From assembly GCA_018714345.1 (NCBI GenBank), contig DVNO01000021.1:4683-68682 (forward strand): a stretch of 64,000 nt of DNA, read 5' to 3'. Of the stretch, positions 1-9,397 are shown in pieces. A model generated the notes under the pieces. That model was given only the letters and a program-made list of their open reading frames with translations. It did no database searches and had not been told where the DNA came from. Within the stretch, counting starts at the first letter, position 1; each line of letters begins with the position of its first letter. The translations under genes and the position numbers were made by a program. Origin of the DNA: Candidatus Enterousia avicola. Lineage in GTDB: Bacteria; Pseudomonadota; Alphaproteobacteria; Rs-D84.

Positions 1-1
1 G

Positions 2-955
2 TATTTCGCAAAAAAATATCCTGATTATACTATCTTCAATTTGGATAAATTAACATATGCTGCAAACCTGGAAAACCTTAGCGAATGCAAAGGTATGCCT
101 AACTACAATTTCATAAAGGGCGATATATGCGATGCTAATTTAGTTAATGATATTTTTAAAGACTGTAAAATCCAAGGCGTAATTCACTTCGCAGCAGAAA
201 GTCACGTAGACAACTCTATAAAAGGTCCAATGACTTTCATAAACACAAACATTGTAGGAACAGCAAACTTACTAGAAGCTGCACGAGAAAACTGGATGGA
301 TGCACCATTTAAAACAAAAAAAGGACAAGAACAAAATAGATTTCACCACATCTCTACTGATGAAGTTTATGGTGCACTGGGTGAGTCCGGCTTGTTTACA
401 GAATCAACACCGTACGACCCAAGCAGTCCGTACTCTGCGTCAAAGGCATCATCTGATCATCTTGTAAGTGCATGGCACCGTACTTTCGGTTTAAATACGA
501 CTATATCCAATTGTTCCAATAACTATGGACCTAAACAACATCCGGAAAAGCTTATACCAAAAATTATTAGTAATTGCGTAAATGAAAAACCTATACCTAT
601 TTATGGTCGTGGTGAAAATGTACGTGACTGGTTGTACGTACTTGACCATGCTTATGCAATTGACCTAATTTTTCATAATGGTATTTCTGGTCAAACCTAT
701 AACATAGGTGGTCATAATGAAAGAACCAATATGCAAATTGTAAATACCATATGCCAAATAATGGATCAAAGAATTCCACGTAAAAACGGAAGGTATGCTG
801 ATCTTATAACGTTTGTTGCAGATAGACCGGGGCATGATTTACGCTATGCAATCGATGCAACAAAAATACGGAAAGCACTTGGTTGGAAGCCAACAGAAAC
901 TTTTGATAAAGGCATTATAAAAACTGTCGATTGGTATCTACAAAAGTTGCGCTAA
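2..955 (+). CDS. rfbB: dTDP-glucose 4,6-dehydratase (5' end cut by window edge)
   Basis: The reading frame is open back to nt 2 (YFAKKYPDYTIFNLDKLTYAANLENL). It has the extended-SDR catalytic YSASK (YxxxK) motif and an RfbB/RmlB-like sequence throughout. Confidence 0.85.
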   Translation, partial: YFAKKYPDYTIFNLDKLTYAANLENLSECKGMPNYNFIKGDICDANLVNDIFKDCKIQGVIHFAAESHVDNSIKGPMTFINTNIVGTANLLEAARENWMDAPFKTKKGQEQNRFHHISTDEVYGALGESGLFTESTPYDPSSPYSASKASSDHLVSAWHRTFGLNTTISNCSNNYGPKQHPEKLIPKIISNCVNEKPIPIYGRGENVRDWLYVLDHAYAIDLIFHNGISGQTYNIGGHNERTNMQIVNTICQIMDQRIPRKNGRYADLITFVADRPGHDLRYAIDATKIRKALGWKPTETFDKGIIKTVDWYLQKLR

Positions 956-985
956 AAAAACGCCGGTATTTACCGGCATTTTTTA
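956..985. terminator. bidirectional rho-independent terminator between convergent rfbB and lgt
   Basis: Hairpin gccggta-tt-taccggc (962..977) with an A-run before and a T-run after. Confidence 0.6.
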
Positions 986-1819
986 TTTACTAAGTTTCTT
1001 TCTAAACGCATATGTAAATATTACAGCACCAGCTATAAACATGATACCTGACAGTAATTGTCCCATGGTCAGTCCCCAACTAGTCAGGAAGCCTATTTGA
1101 ATATCGGGCGCCCTGAACTGCTCACAAAAAATTCTAAACGTCGCATAAAGCATACCCAAAATACCACCAAGTGCCCCAGGGAATCTACGTAAATTAGTAA
1201 ATCTATACAGACTGTACATTATTACAAATAAAATTATGCCTTCTAATGTGGCCTCGTACAATGGACTTGGGTGCCTGGGTAATTCTGATTGTCCAACAAA
1301 CACAACCGCCCACGGCACGTCTGTTACCCGCCCCATAACTTCCATATTTATAAAATTTGCTATGCGTCCAAAGAATAATCCTATTGGCGCAACTACTGCC
1401 ATTATATCCAACAGCTTAAACGCATTATCATATGTTGAACCATTCAGACTACCCGACTTTGTTCGATTCCACGCAAATAAAAATGTAGCGACTATAACGC
1501 CAACCAAACCACCATGAAAACTCATACCGCCATGCCATACAGCAAAAATTTCCAATGGGTGCGATAAAAAAAACGGTAAATTATAAAATAAAACGTACCC
1601 CAACCTGCCGCCAATTATCACGCCCAAAATAATAGCCGTTAATAAATCATCTAACTGCTTTTTATCCAGTTTAATTTGACTGCCGGGGTTTCTAGTAAAG
1701 TGCTTTATCATAAAATACCCGATTACAAAGGCGGCTATATAGGCTAGTGCATACCAACGTATATCTAAACCAAATACACTGAACGCCACCGGTGAAATCG
1801 GGTTAATAACTAATGCCAT
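983..1819 (-). CDS. lgt: prolipoprotein diacylglyceryl transferase
   Basis: 278-aa polytopic membrane protein with Lgt-type motifs (WHGGMSFHGG, FGRIANFINMEVMG). Confidence 0.9.
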   Translation of the reverse strand: MALVINPISPVAFSVFGLDIRWYALAYIAAFVIGYFMIKHFTRNPGSQIKLDKKQLDDLLTAIILGVIIGGRLGYVLFYNLPFFLSHPLEIFAVWHGGMSFHGGLVGVIVATFLFAWNRTKSGSLNGSTYDNAFKLLDIMAVVAPIGLFFGRIANFINMEVMGRVTDVPWAVVFVGQSELPRHPSPLYEATLEGIILFVIMYSLYRFTNLRRFPGALGGILGMLYATFRIFCEQFRAPDIQIGFLTSWGLTMGQLLSGIMFIAGAVIFTYAFRKKLSK

Positions 1820-1833
1820 AATTTGTTACAAAC

Positions 1834-2055
1834 TTATTTAGTATCATACCTTGAAAGAAAGCTTTCTATATTATGTATAATTTCTTCAATGTGATGCTTT
1901 TTCTTTACATCGGTTTCTGTTTCTAATCTCTTTTTTGCTTTTGCTAAGTCACGTTTCATCGCGGCATTAACTTCGTCTTTATCGGTATCAAAATCTCTTT
2001 TAACACCATTTTTTAGTCTTCTGTCTTGAAGTTCCCGCTCTACTTTCCTTACCAT
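1834..2055 (-). CDS. hypothetical small charged protein
   Basis: 73-aa Lys/Glu/Asp-rich ORF 14 nt upstream of lgt on the same strand. No recognisable motif. Confidence 0.4.
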   Translation of the reverse strand: MVRKVERELQDRRLKNGVKRDFDTDKDEVNAAMKRDLAKAKKRLETETDVKKKHHIEEIIHNIESFLSRYDTK

Positions 2056-2130
2056 TTTTTTACCTCTTGTTTTACTTGAATTACGCCTTTTATTATATTA
2101 TATATTAGGGTAACTAACAAGGAGAAAAAA

Positions 2131-2871
2131 ATGGCAGTAAAAAATATTGCTTTGAAAACCAAGGCTCCTGAGACTGATAAACGTGAAAAGTCTGGTGGCT
2201 TGGAATTATACCTAAAAAGAATTTTTGCATTGATGTTTGCAGCTGTTGGCGTAACTGCCTTGGCCGCATTCTTAACAATGGCGACACCTTTATGGACGCT
2301 ATTGTTTACAGAGACAGGCTTGTCTGCACTTTACTACATTTTGTTATTTGGCGGTTTGGCCTTGTCCATTTGGGCGCAGGTTCGCGCATTTAGCTTTAAG
2401 CCATCCGTAGGTATCTTACTGCTGATGCTTTATGCCGTAATGATGGGCGTTGTTCTGACACCTTTGTTATTAGTTGCGGTTACCGGTAACCCTTATACAA
2501 TTCTGTCTGCATTTATAATATCTGCGGTCATGTTTGCGTGTATGGCGTTATTCGGATACAAAACAGTTAAAGACTTATCTTTCTTGGGCATATTCTTATT
2601 CATCGGAATGATAGGCTTAATATTGGTTGGCTTAGCATCGTTTATATGGCCTGCACTGGTTGGCGGCACATTCGGTACAATTGTATGCTTAGTCGGCGTG
2701 CTAATTTTCGCCCTGTTTACTGCGTATGACATGCAGACGTTAAAGCGTGCTTATGCCGTATTAGGCGATGGCAACCAGAAAAATCAGCTGGCTGTATTGG
2801 GGGCATTACATTTGTACATCTCGTTCGTCGCAATGTTCCAGTATATATTGAGCTTGCTAAACAGAAATTAA
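2131..2871 (+). CDS. Bax inhibitor-1/YccA family membrane protein
   Basis: 246 aa with about 7 hydrophobic helices. The overall pattern and C-terminal region are typical of the BI-1/YccA family. RBS aaggagaaaaaaATG. Confidence 0.8.
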   Translation: MAVKNIALKTKAPETDKREKSGGLELYLKRIFALMFAAVGVTALAAFLTMATPLWTLLFTETGLSALYYILLFGGLALSIWAQVRAFSFKPSVGILLLMLYAVMMGVVLTPLLLVAVTGNPYTILSAFIISAVMFACMALFGYKTVKDLSFLGIFLFIGMIGLILVGLASFIWPALVGGTFGTIVCLVGVLIFALFTAYDMQTLKRAYAVLGDGNQKNQLAVLGALHLYISFVAMFQYILSLLNRN

Positions 2872-2876
2872 AAAAA

Positions 2877-3071
2877 ATGGAGAAAAAAATGGCTTATAAA
2901 ATAGATCCTGCTAAATGCATCGGCTGTCATACTTGTATGGGTGCATGCCCTGTTATGGCTATCTCTGCTGGGGCCGATGGCAAATGCGTGATAGATCCTG
3001 CAAAATGTATATCTTGTGGAACGTGCGCAGCAGTATGTCCTGTTGCAGCAATTGCACCAGATGTAAAATAA
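2877..3071 (+). CDS. 2x[4Fe-4S] ferredoxin
   Basis: 64 aa with two CxxCxxCxxxCP motifs (CIGCHTCMGACP, CISCGTCAAVCP). Confidence 0.8.
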   Translation: MEKKMAYKIDPAKCIGCHTCMGACPVMAISAGADGKCVIDPAKCISCGTCAAVCPVAAIAPDVK

Positions 3072-3087
3072 AAACGTCACATGTTTA

Positions 3088-3112
3088 AACGGGGGAATTT
3101 CCCCCGTTTTTT
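3088..3112 (+). terminator. rho-independent terminator after ferredoxin
   Basis: Hairpin aaacggggg-aattt-cccccgttt followed by a T-run. Confidence 0.65.
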
Positions 3113-3182
3113 ATTTTTAATAATAGTTGCAAAAAGGTAAATTCTGTATAACAATTGCTCAGTAAAAACTAGGGGATAAAAA

Positions 3183-4553
3183 ATGCCAGCAAAAACAGTA
3201 AATGATATAGTCGCTTTATGCAAACGTCGTGGTTTTATTTTCACAGGTTCTGAAATTTATGGTGGTTTGGGTGGCGCATACGATTATGGTCCATATGGCG
3301 TTGAATTAATGAAAAACATAAAGAACGCTTGGTGGAATGCCATGATATATTCCCGTAATGATATAGAAGGCTTGGATGCCGCACTTATAAGCAATCGTTT
3401 AATGTGGAAATACTCTGGGCACGAAGGCAGTTTTTCTGATCCATTAGTAGAGTGCAAAAAATGTGGTGCACGTATGCGCCAGGATAAAATGAAAGATCCT
3501 ACTAAATGCGATAACTGTGGCAGTACAGACCTTACAGAACCACGCGCATATCAGTTGATGATGGGACTGTCTATTGGTGCGACTGCGGATGGTGCAATCA
3601 ACGCATACCTTAGACCAGAAACGGCAACGACAACGTATGTAAACTTCAAAAACGTATTAGACGCTTGCCCGCATAAATTACCTTTTGGTATTGCGCAGAT
3701 TGGTAAGGCGTTCCGTAATGAAATTTCTCCACGTGGATTCGTATTCCGTATGCGTGAATTCGAACAGGCAGAAATGCAATACTTCATCAATCCAAAAGAT
3801 GATGAAAAGTACTTTGAAATGTGGAAGCAAATTCGTATGGCTTGGTGGGTAGATACTTTGGGAATACCAGCCGAAAAATTACGCTTCACGCCACATGAAA
3901 AGTTGGCACACTATGCAAAAGCAGCGGGTGACATTGAATATGAATTCCCAGATGGCTTTGACGAAGTTGAAGGCGTTCACAACCGCCAAGACTTTGATTT
4001 GGGTTCTCATACAAAGAGTCAAAGTGAATTCAATATTCAGGCCAATGTTATGGAAAATAAAGACAGTACTACAAAATTGGCTTACAGCGACCCACAGACA
4101 GGCGAAAGCTTTGTTCCTTTTGTAATTGAAACTGCTATGGGTGTAAACCGTGCTATGTTGGCAGTTATGCTGGATGCATACACAGAAGAAGAATTACCAG
4201 ACGGTAAATCACGCGTGGTATTAAAGCTGAAACCTGCATTGGCACCTGTAAAAGCAGCTGTTATTCCATTGGCACGCAATGTACCAGAATTAGTAACAAT
4301 TGCGAATAATATTGAAAACGATTTACGTAAATTGAATATAGGACGCATTGAGCTAGAAAATTCTGGTAATATCGGAAAGAATTACCGTCGCCATGATGAA
4401 ATTGGTACACCAGTTTGCATCACTGTTGACCACCAAACATTAGAAGACAATACAGTGACATTGCGTTATCGTGATTCTATGGCACAAGAACGAGTAGACA
4501 TTAATGACGTACCTGCAAAAGTGATGGAAATAATTACTAAAAACGAAAAATAA
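3183..4553 (+). CDS. glyQS: glycine--tRNA ligase, single-chain (alpha2) type
   Basis: 456 aa. N-terminus KRRGFIFTGSEIYGGLGGAYDYGPYG plus class II motifs (FRNEISPRGFVFRMREFEQAE) typical of dimeric GlyRS. Confidence 0.9.
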   Translation: MPAKTVNDIVALCKRRGFIFTGSEIYGGLGGAYDYGPYGVELMKNIKNAWWNAMIYSRNDIEGLDAALISNRLMWKYSGHEGSFSDPLVECKKCGARMRQDKMKDPTKCDNCGSTDLTEPRAYQLMMGLSIGATADGAINAYLRPETATTTYVNFKNVLDACPHKLPFGIAQIGKAFRNEISPRGFVFRMREFEQAEMQYFINPKDDEKYFEMWKQIRMAWWVDTLGIPAEKLRFTPHEKLAHYAKAAGDIEYEFPDGFDEVEGVHNRQDFDLGSHTKSQSEFNIQANVMENKDSTTKLAYSDPQTGESFVPFVIETAMGVNRAMLAVMLDAYTEEELPDGKSRVVLKLKPALAPVKAAVIPLARNVPELVTIANNIENDLRKLNIGRIELENSGNIGKNYRRHDEIGTPVCITVDHQTLEDNTVTLRYRDSMAQERVDINDVPAKVMEIITKNEK

Positions 4554-4557
4554 AAAA

Positions 4558-4579
4558 GCGCCCTTTTGGGCGTTTTTTT
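4558..4579. terminator. bidirectional terminator between glyQS and the convergent 565-aa gene
   Basis: Hairpin gcgccc-tttt-gggcgt flanked by an A-run and a T-run. Confidence 0.6.
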
Positions 4580-6275
4580 ATTCTGTTGTTGTCATATTTG
4601 GAATAAACACCGTATCGTTATATTTACTCAAATATCTTGTACCAGTTGCACAATATACTTTATTTAGCGAATCCTCATATTCACGAACAGCTGTAGTCCA
4701 ACGATTTTGAATATCTAATTGCGCCCCTTGATATGCAGAAAAACCGCCCAAAGCACCGCCAACACCAGCACCAATCAAAGTACTTTTTAAACGTGCTTTG
4801 TTACCATAGTCGATTAATCCACCGTCACTTGCCTCGACCTTCATAGGATAAAAGTTCTGTATATCTAAACCAGTTGAATTTTGTAAATCATAAGCATCAC
4901 CAGTAGTAGAACGCCCATAAATTTCAGCCGTTGCCCCATACTTTTTCTTCCACTCTCTCCAATCAGAACTATTCATGCCAAATGCTTTATCTCTCATTTT
5001 TATCATTGCAGGAACTTGTCTGTCTACGCGGGCCGCGCTGGACACTTTCGCAAAAATACCTTTAGATGTATCAACATTTTCTGTAGAACCGTCTGCTGGA
5101 ACAAAACTTATCTCATTTTTATCGTTTATTGCCATAAAGTATTGATACTTGGAATCTGACAGTATCGTTTGAAACTGTTGTTCTTCTATCGATTCAATAT
5201 CAATGTTTGGATATGCGTCCAATTTTATAGAAACTAGCGTCTCCGCCTTGCATCCAGTTGAATTTTTATTACATACATACGTGACAGCATTAGAAATATC
5301 ATAATAAGCCTGTTCATCAGGCGTTAGTGGGGTAGACTCAGCAACATACCCCCATAAACAAGTAGTATTCTCACCAGTTGGCAGTTTACAATCTTCTATT
5401 CGTAAAACAGAATCACCCGTTGCAACAATATTCCCAACGACGCTCCCTGCGGCAGCATTAACACCTGTTGACAAGATTACATCACCTGCAACCTTACCCG
5501 CATAAGAATTGCCTGCCATTAATGCAGCACCTGTTACGCCACCTATTATAGAACTTTGAATTTTTTCCTTGCCAGTTCCAAACAAACTGTCACTGCCCCT
5601 TTCGCCTTCCCCGACTATATTTCCCGCAAGAGCCCCAAGTACTGTACCAGCAGCTATCTTTAAGCCTGCATTTTGTTTCTGCTCTTGATTTAACTGCTTC
5701 TCTACATCTTCCATCGTCGGTTCGGCGTCCGCAGGGAATGTAAAACTTTCAACCGCCTGAACTATCATACTTGATTCTGGAAACGAGCTAATATTGCACT
5801 TAAATGTATCGCCAGCCGCTAATTTTGCCCGCGCCAAAACTAAATCCGAGCCATCAGCTGCAGCCTGATACCCTCGTAACTCTACGACCGCAACACACGT
5901 ATCAGAAATACCAGCCTTGGATCCTAAACTAGGTGAATCCCACTCAAATTCACCAGTCGGGTATATCATGGAACACTGTTCTAGCTGATTAAATGCAACT
6001 GGGGAATCGGCATCACCACTTTTTATTTGCTCTACCAGCGTCTCGTCAGCAACACGTACAGGCAAATTGTTTTCTGTATCTTCGGACGCAGTCGTTGCTA
6101 TTGGCGTTGTAACCGCATTTATATCAGGATTTTGTAATGCATTAACCTGCCGATAAGCCTCGGCATAACTACGTGAATGATTACCAACACGCAAACCTGC
6201 ATCTGCGTACATTGGCGTCATTCCAATTAATGCAGCAAATAAAGAATAATGAATAATTGAACGACTTGACTTCAT
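4578..6275 (-). CDS. secreted hypothetical protein with glycine-zipper-like segments
   Basis: The start is taken at an internal Met that gives a signal peptide (MKSSRSIIHYSLFAALIGMTPMYADA). Three Gly-rich zipper-like stretches are present (GTVLGALAGNIVGEG; IGGVTGAALMAGNSYAGKVAG; LIGAGVGGALGGFSAYQG). No enzyme motif seen. Confidence 0.5.
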   Translation of the reverse strand: MKSSRSIIHYSLFAALIGMTPMYADAGLRVGNHSRSYAEAYRQVNALQNPDINAVTTPIATTASEDTENNLPVRVADETLVEQIKSGDADSPVAFNQLEQCSMIYPTGEFEWDSPSLGSKAGISDTCVAVVELRGYQAAADGSDLVLARAKLAAGDTFKCNISSFPESSMIVQAVESFTFPADAEPTMEDVEKQLNQEQKQNAGLKIAAGTVLGALAGNIVGEGERGSDSLFGTGKEKIQSSIIGGVTGAALMAGNSYAGKVAGDVILSTGVNAAAGSVVGNIVATGDSVLRIEDCKLPTGENTTCLWGYVAESTPLTPDEQAYYDISNAVTYVCNKNSTGCKAETLVSIKLDAYPNIDIESIEEQQFQTILSDSKYQYFMAINDKNEISFVPADGSTENVDTSKGIFAKVSSAARVDRQVPAMIKMRDKAFGMNSSDWREWKKKYGATAEIYGRSTTGDAYDLQNSTGLDIQNFYPMKVEASDGGLIDYGNKARLKSTLIGAGVGGALGGFSAYQGAQLDIQNRWTTAVREYEDSLNKVYCATGTRYLSKYNDTVFIPNMTTTE

Positions 6276-6341
6276 CTCTCTCGCCCCGCCTTTCGTTATA
6301 CAATCCGTATAACCGTCCCACAACACATAAAAACAAATACG

Positions 6342-7436
6342 CTAGAATTGTAATCTCAACCTAACGCCAAGGTCAATGGTGTTCAAACGACCGCTTTCGT
6401 ACCAGTTGGTATAATGATAAACACTATCATAATTCGCTGGATATTCGCCACCAGCACCGTCACCCAACCATTCTGTCTGGGAAACAATGATACTACCAGA
6501 CGTTCTTACCTGACCTAAGTTCATATATCTTACAAAGAAATCTATCTTTATGCCACCGTCCATTTCAGTGGTTAAGCCGCCTTCAAACATGAAAGCCAGT
6601 TGTTCCATAGTTCCACCATTGTGATATGCATAAACATCAGAAATACCAGTCAAGTCCCCTGGACCCGCAACGCTTGGTTCCATTTCTGAATAAAACGTAT
6701 TATCATAAACCACATAATCAGCAATTGTATTTAAAGATATACCAGCACCGACACCAACATATGGGCGTAACATACCACCCGCCAAATATCCGGTATAGGC
6801 GTCAATGTTATAGTACAAATTCAACATGGTAACATTTGATGTTATTGCACCACCATCAACAGTTGCATCAACATAACCACCAACACCGTCAGCAGACTTA
6901 ACCATGCTGGGATAAGAAATACCGCTATAACGCAAATAGCTAAAGTCAACGCGCAAATCATTATTAATTGACGCACCCACAGACAACTGCAATGGAATTA
7001 CAGTATCTGTATCAAAATCAGCCTCTTGGAAAGCACCAGGAACAAACTGCCCATACTCTTCGTTCATATAATCAGACAGCATCGACCCACTTACACTAGC
7101 TGAATAACCTGCAGACAAGCCAATATATAACCCACTATCTGCCAAACGATCAAAATCAGACGGTTGATAATATTGCCGACCAGCAGCAGTTGTATAAGAC
7201 TGCGTCACATTCGAACCGACCTGAGGCAAAGCCCCCGTCACACGCGTCGTACTTGCCGCATTTGGATTAGCCGTTTGAACCAAAGTCCCACTTGTCGTCG
7301 GCAACAAAACAACCTGTCCAGCTGCATTTGTCCCCTGATAACCACTGTATACTGGGTAAATAGCGGCGGCATCAGCCCCACCAGACGTACCAAAAAATAT
7401 ACCCGTCAATGCCGCAAGAATGCCGACTTTTCTCAT
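6342..7436 (-). CDS. outer-membrane beta-barrel protein (putative)
   Basis: The start is set at MRKVGILAALTGIFFGTSGGADA (signal peptide, RBS ggaaagg). Alternating aromatic/Gly-rich strands and a C-terminal GVRLRLQF ending in Phe, as in OMPs. Confidence 0.6.
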   Translation of the reverse strand: MRKVGILAALTGIFFGTSGGADAAAIYPVYSGYQGTNAAGQVVLLPTTSGTLVQTANPNAASTTRVTGALPQVGSNVTQSYTTAAGRQYYQPSDFDRLADSGLYIGLSAGYSASVSGSMLSDYMNEEYGQFVPGAFQEADFDTDTVIPLQLSVGASINNDLRVDFSYLRYSGISYPSMVKSADGVGGYVDATVDGGAITSNVTMLNLYYNIDAYTGYLAGGMLRPYVGVGAGISLNTIADYVVYDNTFYSEMEPSVAGPGDLTGISDVYAYHNGGTMEQLAFMFEGGLTTEMDGGIKIDFFVRYMNLGQVRTSGSIIVSQTEWLGDGAGGEYPANYDSVYHYTNWYESGRLNTIDLGVRLRLQF

Positions 7437-7573
7437 TGCCTTTCCATTTTCCTTTTTGCTTATTATATCATAAAAAAAGCCCTGATAAAAGTATTTAGTA
7501 AAAATCAAACCATAAAAAATCCCCCACATGTTAGTGGGGGTGTGTCCAATATATTGTTATACTAATCTATTTC

Positions 7574-8590
7574 TTAGAATTGTAAGTTCAAGCGAACACC
7601 AACTTCTGCCTTTACGTCAGAACCGTTCTGAGAATTCGCATGCGCTGTATCAAATGTGTATTCACCATACAACGCAACCTGAACCGCGTCTGTCAATTGA
7701 TTTGCAACAGACAAAGATACGATGTATTCATCAAATCCATCGTTCATGTCAGACAGTTGAGAAATCAGAGTATTAGCAAACAGCTGACCAGCAGGATTTG
7801 TCAATTCTGTTGACAAGCTCTTTACACCATTATCAGCATGATGATTGTATTTAAAACCACCACCAAATGACCATCTATCCGTCAACTGATAGAACGCATT
7901 CAAACCAAAGTTAATTTCAGTAGTAGATTTCAAATCAACAGAAATTTCTGATGGAACACCCAACGCAGAAACAGGAATCAAACCCATACCTGGAACAGGC
8001 GCAACCAACCCAGAAACATCGATAACGTTGTTATCGCTGCCGAAAGTTTTCAAAACTTCTACAAACGCACTTGTTGTTAACTTTGACCATGTCTTACCAA
8101 AGCGAACACCAACGTCTGCACCCCAACGACCGTTGGAATAGTTATCATATTTAAAACCAGATGCCATTGTGTAAGAACCACGCATCTTGTTTACACCACC
8201 CAAGTGAGCGTCTGCGTAGATATCCAATACAATATTATCTGTTGTTTCAATTGGGCGCCAAATCAGACCTAAACGACCATGATTTAAGCCCTTGCGGTCA
8301 ATGTCGTCCGCCTGAGTATATGCAAAGGAACCACGAATAGCCAAGCTATCTGTGATACCATAGCCCAAATCTTCTGTTACACGCCAAATTGGGAACTCTG
8401 TTGCCCCAGCATGGCCTTTTAGTTTATTTGCATCTGTGTCATCTGTAACTTTGTACATAACACCCGCACCCGTCTTTGAATAAAAATCACCAGATTCTGG
8501 CAAGTACAACGGGTTTTCCAAATTAGCTGCCATCGCAGGTGTCGCCAAAACGGACGCTGCAACCGCTAATTTTAAACTTTTTTTCATCAT
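7574..8590 (-). CDS. outer-membrane beta-barrel/porin-like protein (putative)
   Basis: Signal peptide MMKKSLKLAVAASVLATPAMA. Beta-strand periodicity and a C-terminal GVRLNLQF very like that of the upstream neighbour. Confidence 0.6.
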   Translation of the reverse strand: MMKKSLKLAVAASVLATPAMAANLENPLYLPESGDFYSKTGAGVMYKVTDDTDANKLKGHAGATEFPIWRVTEDLGYGITDSLAIRGSFAYTQADDIDRKGLNHGRLGLIWRPIETTDNIVLDIYADAHLGGVNKMRGSYTMASGFKYDNYSNGRWGADVGVRFGKTWSKLTTSAFVEVLKTFGSDNNVIDVSGLVAPVPGMGLIPVSALGVPSEISVDLKSTTEINFGLNAFYQLTDRWSFGGGFKYNHHADNGVKSLSTELTNPAGQLFANTLISQLSDMNDGFDEYIVSLSVANQLTDAVQVALYGEYTFDTAHANSQNGSDVKAEVGVRLNLQF

Positions 8591-8625
8591 TTAACTCCTT
8601 GTTTGTTAGATGAAATACCACAGCC

Positions 8626-8676
8626 CCCATTATTGGCAAGACTGGGGATCGAATCCATACCACCCATTATTGGCAA
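8626..8676. repeat. 14-bp direct repeat cccattattggcaa x2 upstream of the OMP gene
   Basis: Exact copies at 8626..8639 and 8663..8676, in the divergent intergenic region between 7574..8590(-) and 8831..9370(+). Confidence 0.7.
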
Positions 8677-8830
8677 TAGTATGTTGTTTGCGATACGACC
8701 GCTGTATAGGATGCTACATTATAAGAATAAAGTCAAAATAATTTTCATATTTGACAAAACCTTGAAATGTGCAAATATTGCTCTATACTAATATAAGTGG
8801 ATGACGTATTAATATCCAAAGGAGGCACGC

Positions 8831-9370
8831 ATGATGGATGATTTTGATAAAAACATGCAGGTAATAGCGGGTGCAGATTCACAGCAAAATCAAGAACTGC
8901 AACTGTCTGACGCAGATAAAAAGAAACTGTCTGAGCAGTATTTTAAATTATTCTTGAATTTGACCTATACAAATTGGTTGCGTGGCAAGACGCTGGGGCA
9001 AGCATGGTACACAGCGTTGTCTCAACTGGAACAATTCATAAAGAACAAAAAAAGCCATAACCCTGCCTCTTTATATTTACGTCAGGTTTTTGCCGCCCAT
9101 AAGACAAAGTGGGCTCAGGTCATGATGACAAATAAACATCACGATGAGGTATTAGACGTAAAGCCCGAATTAAAGCAAAAGTGGACTCAGCGTGCGGCAC
9201 AAAACACGACCAGCGCATTGAATGCATTGAACGAAATTGAAAAGTCTTATACAAAGCCTCAGGAAAGTGACAAAAAGCACGCGAACAACGAATTAAAAAT
9301 TGCCGCGGATAAAATGCAATTGATGATTATGTTGCAAATGAAGAAAAATCAAAAAGGCATGGCCGCATAA
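8831..9370 (+). CDS. hypothetical protein
   Basis: 179-aa ORF with a good RBS (aaaggaggcacgcATG). Predicted helical and Lys/Gln-rich, with no recognisable motif. Confidence 0.5.
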   Translation: MMDDFDKNMQVIAGADSQQNQELQLSDADKKKLSEQYFKLFLNLTYTNWLRGKTLGQAWYTALSQLEQFIKNKKSHNPASLYLRQVFAAHKTKWAQVMMTNKHHDEVLDVKPELKQKWTQRAAQNTTSALNALNEIEKSYTKPQESDKKHANNELKIAADKMQLMIMLQMKKNQKGMAA

Positions 9371-9397
9371 AAAAAATCCCCGTCATGGGGATTTTTT
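9371..9397. terminator. bidirectional terminator
   Basis: Hairpin atcccc-gtcat-ggggat with flanking A-run and T-run, between convergent genes. Confidence 0.6.
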
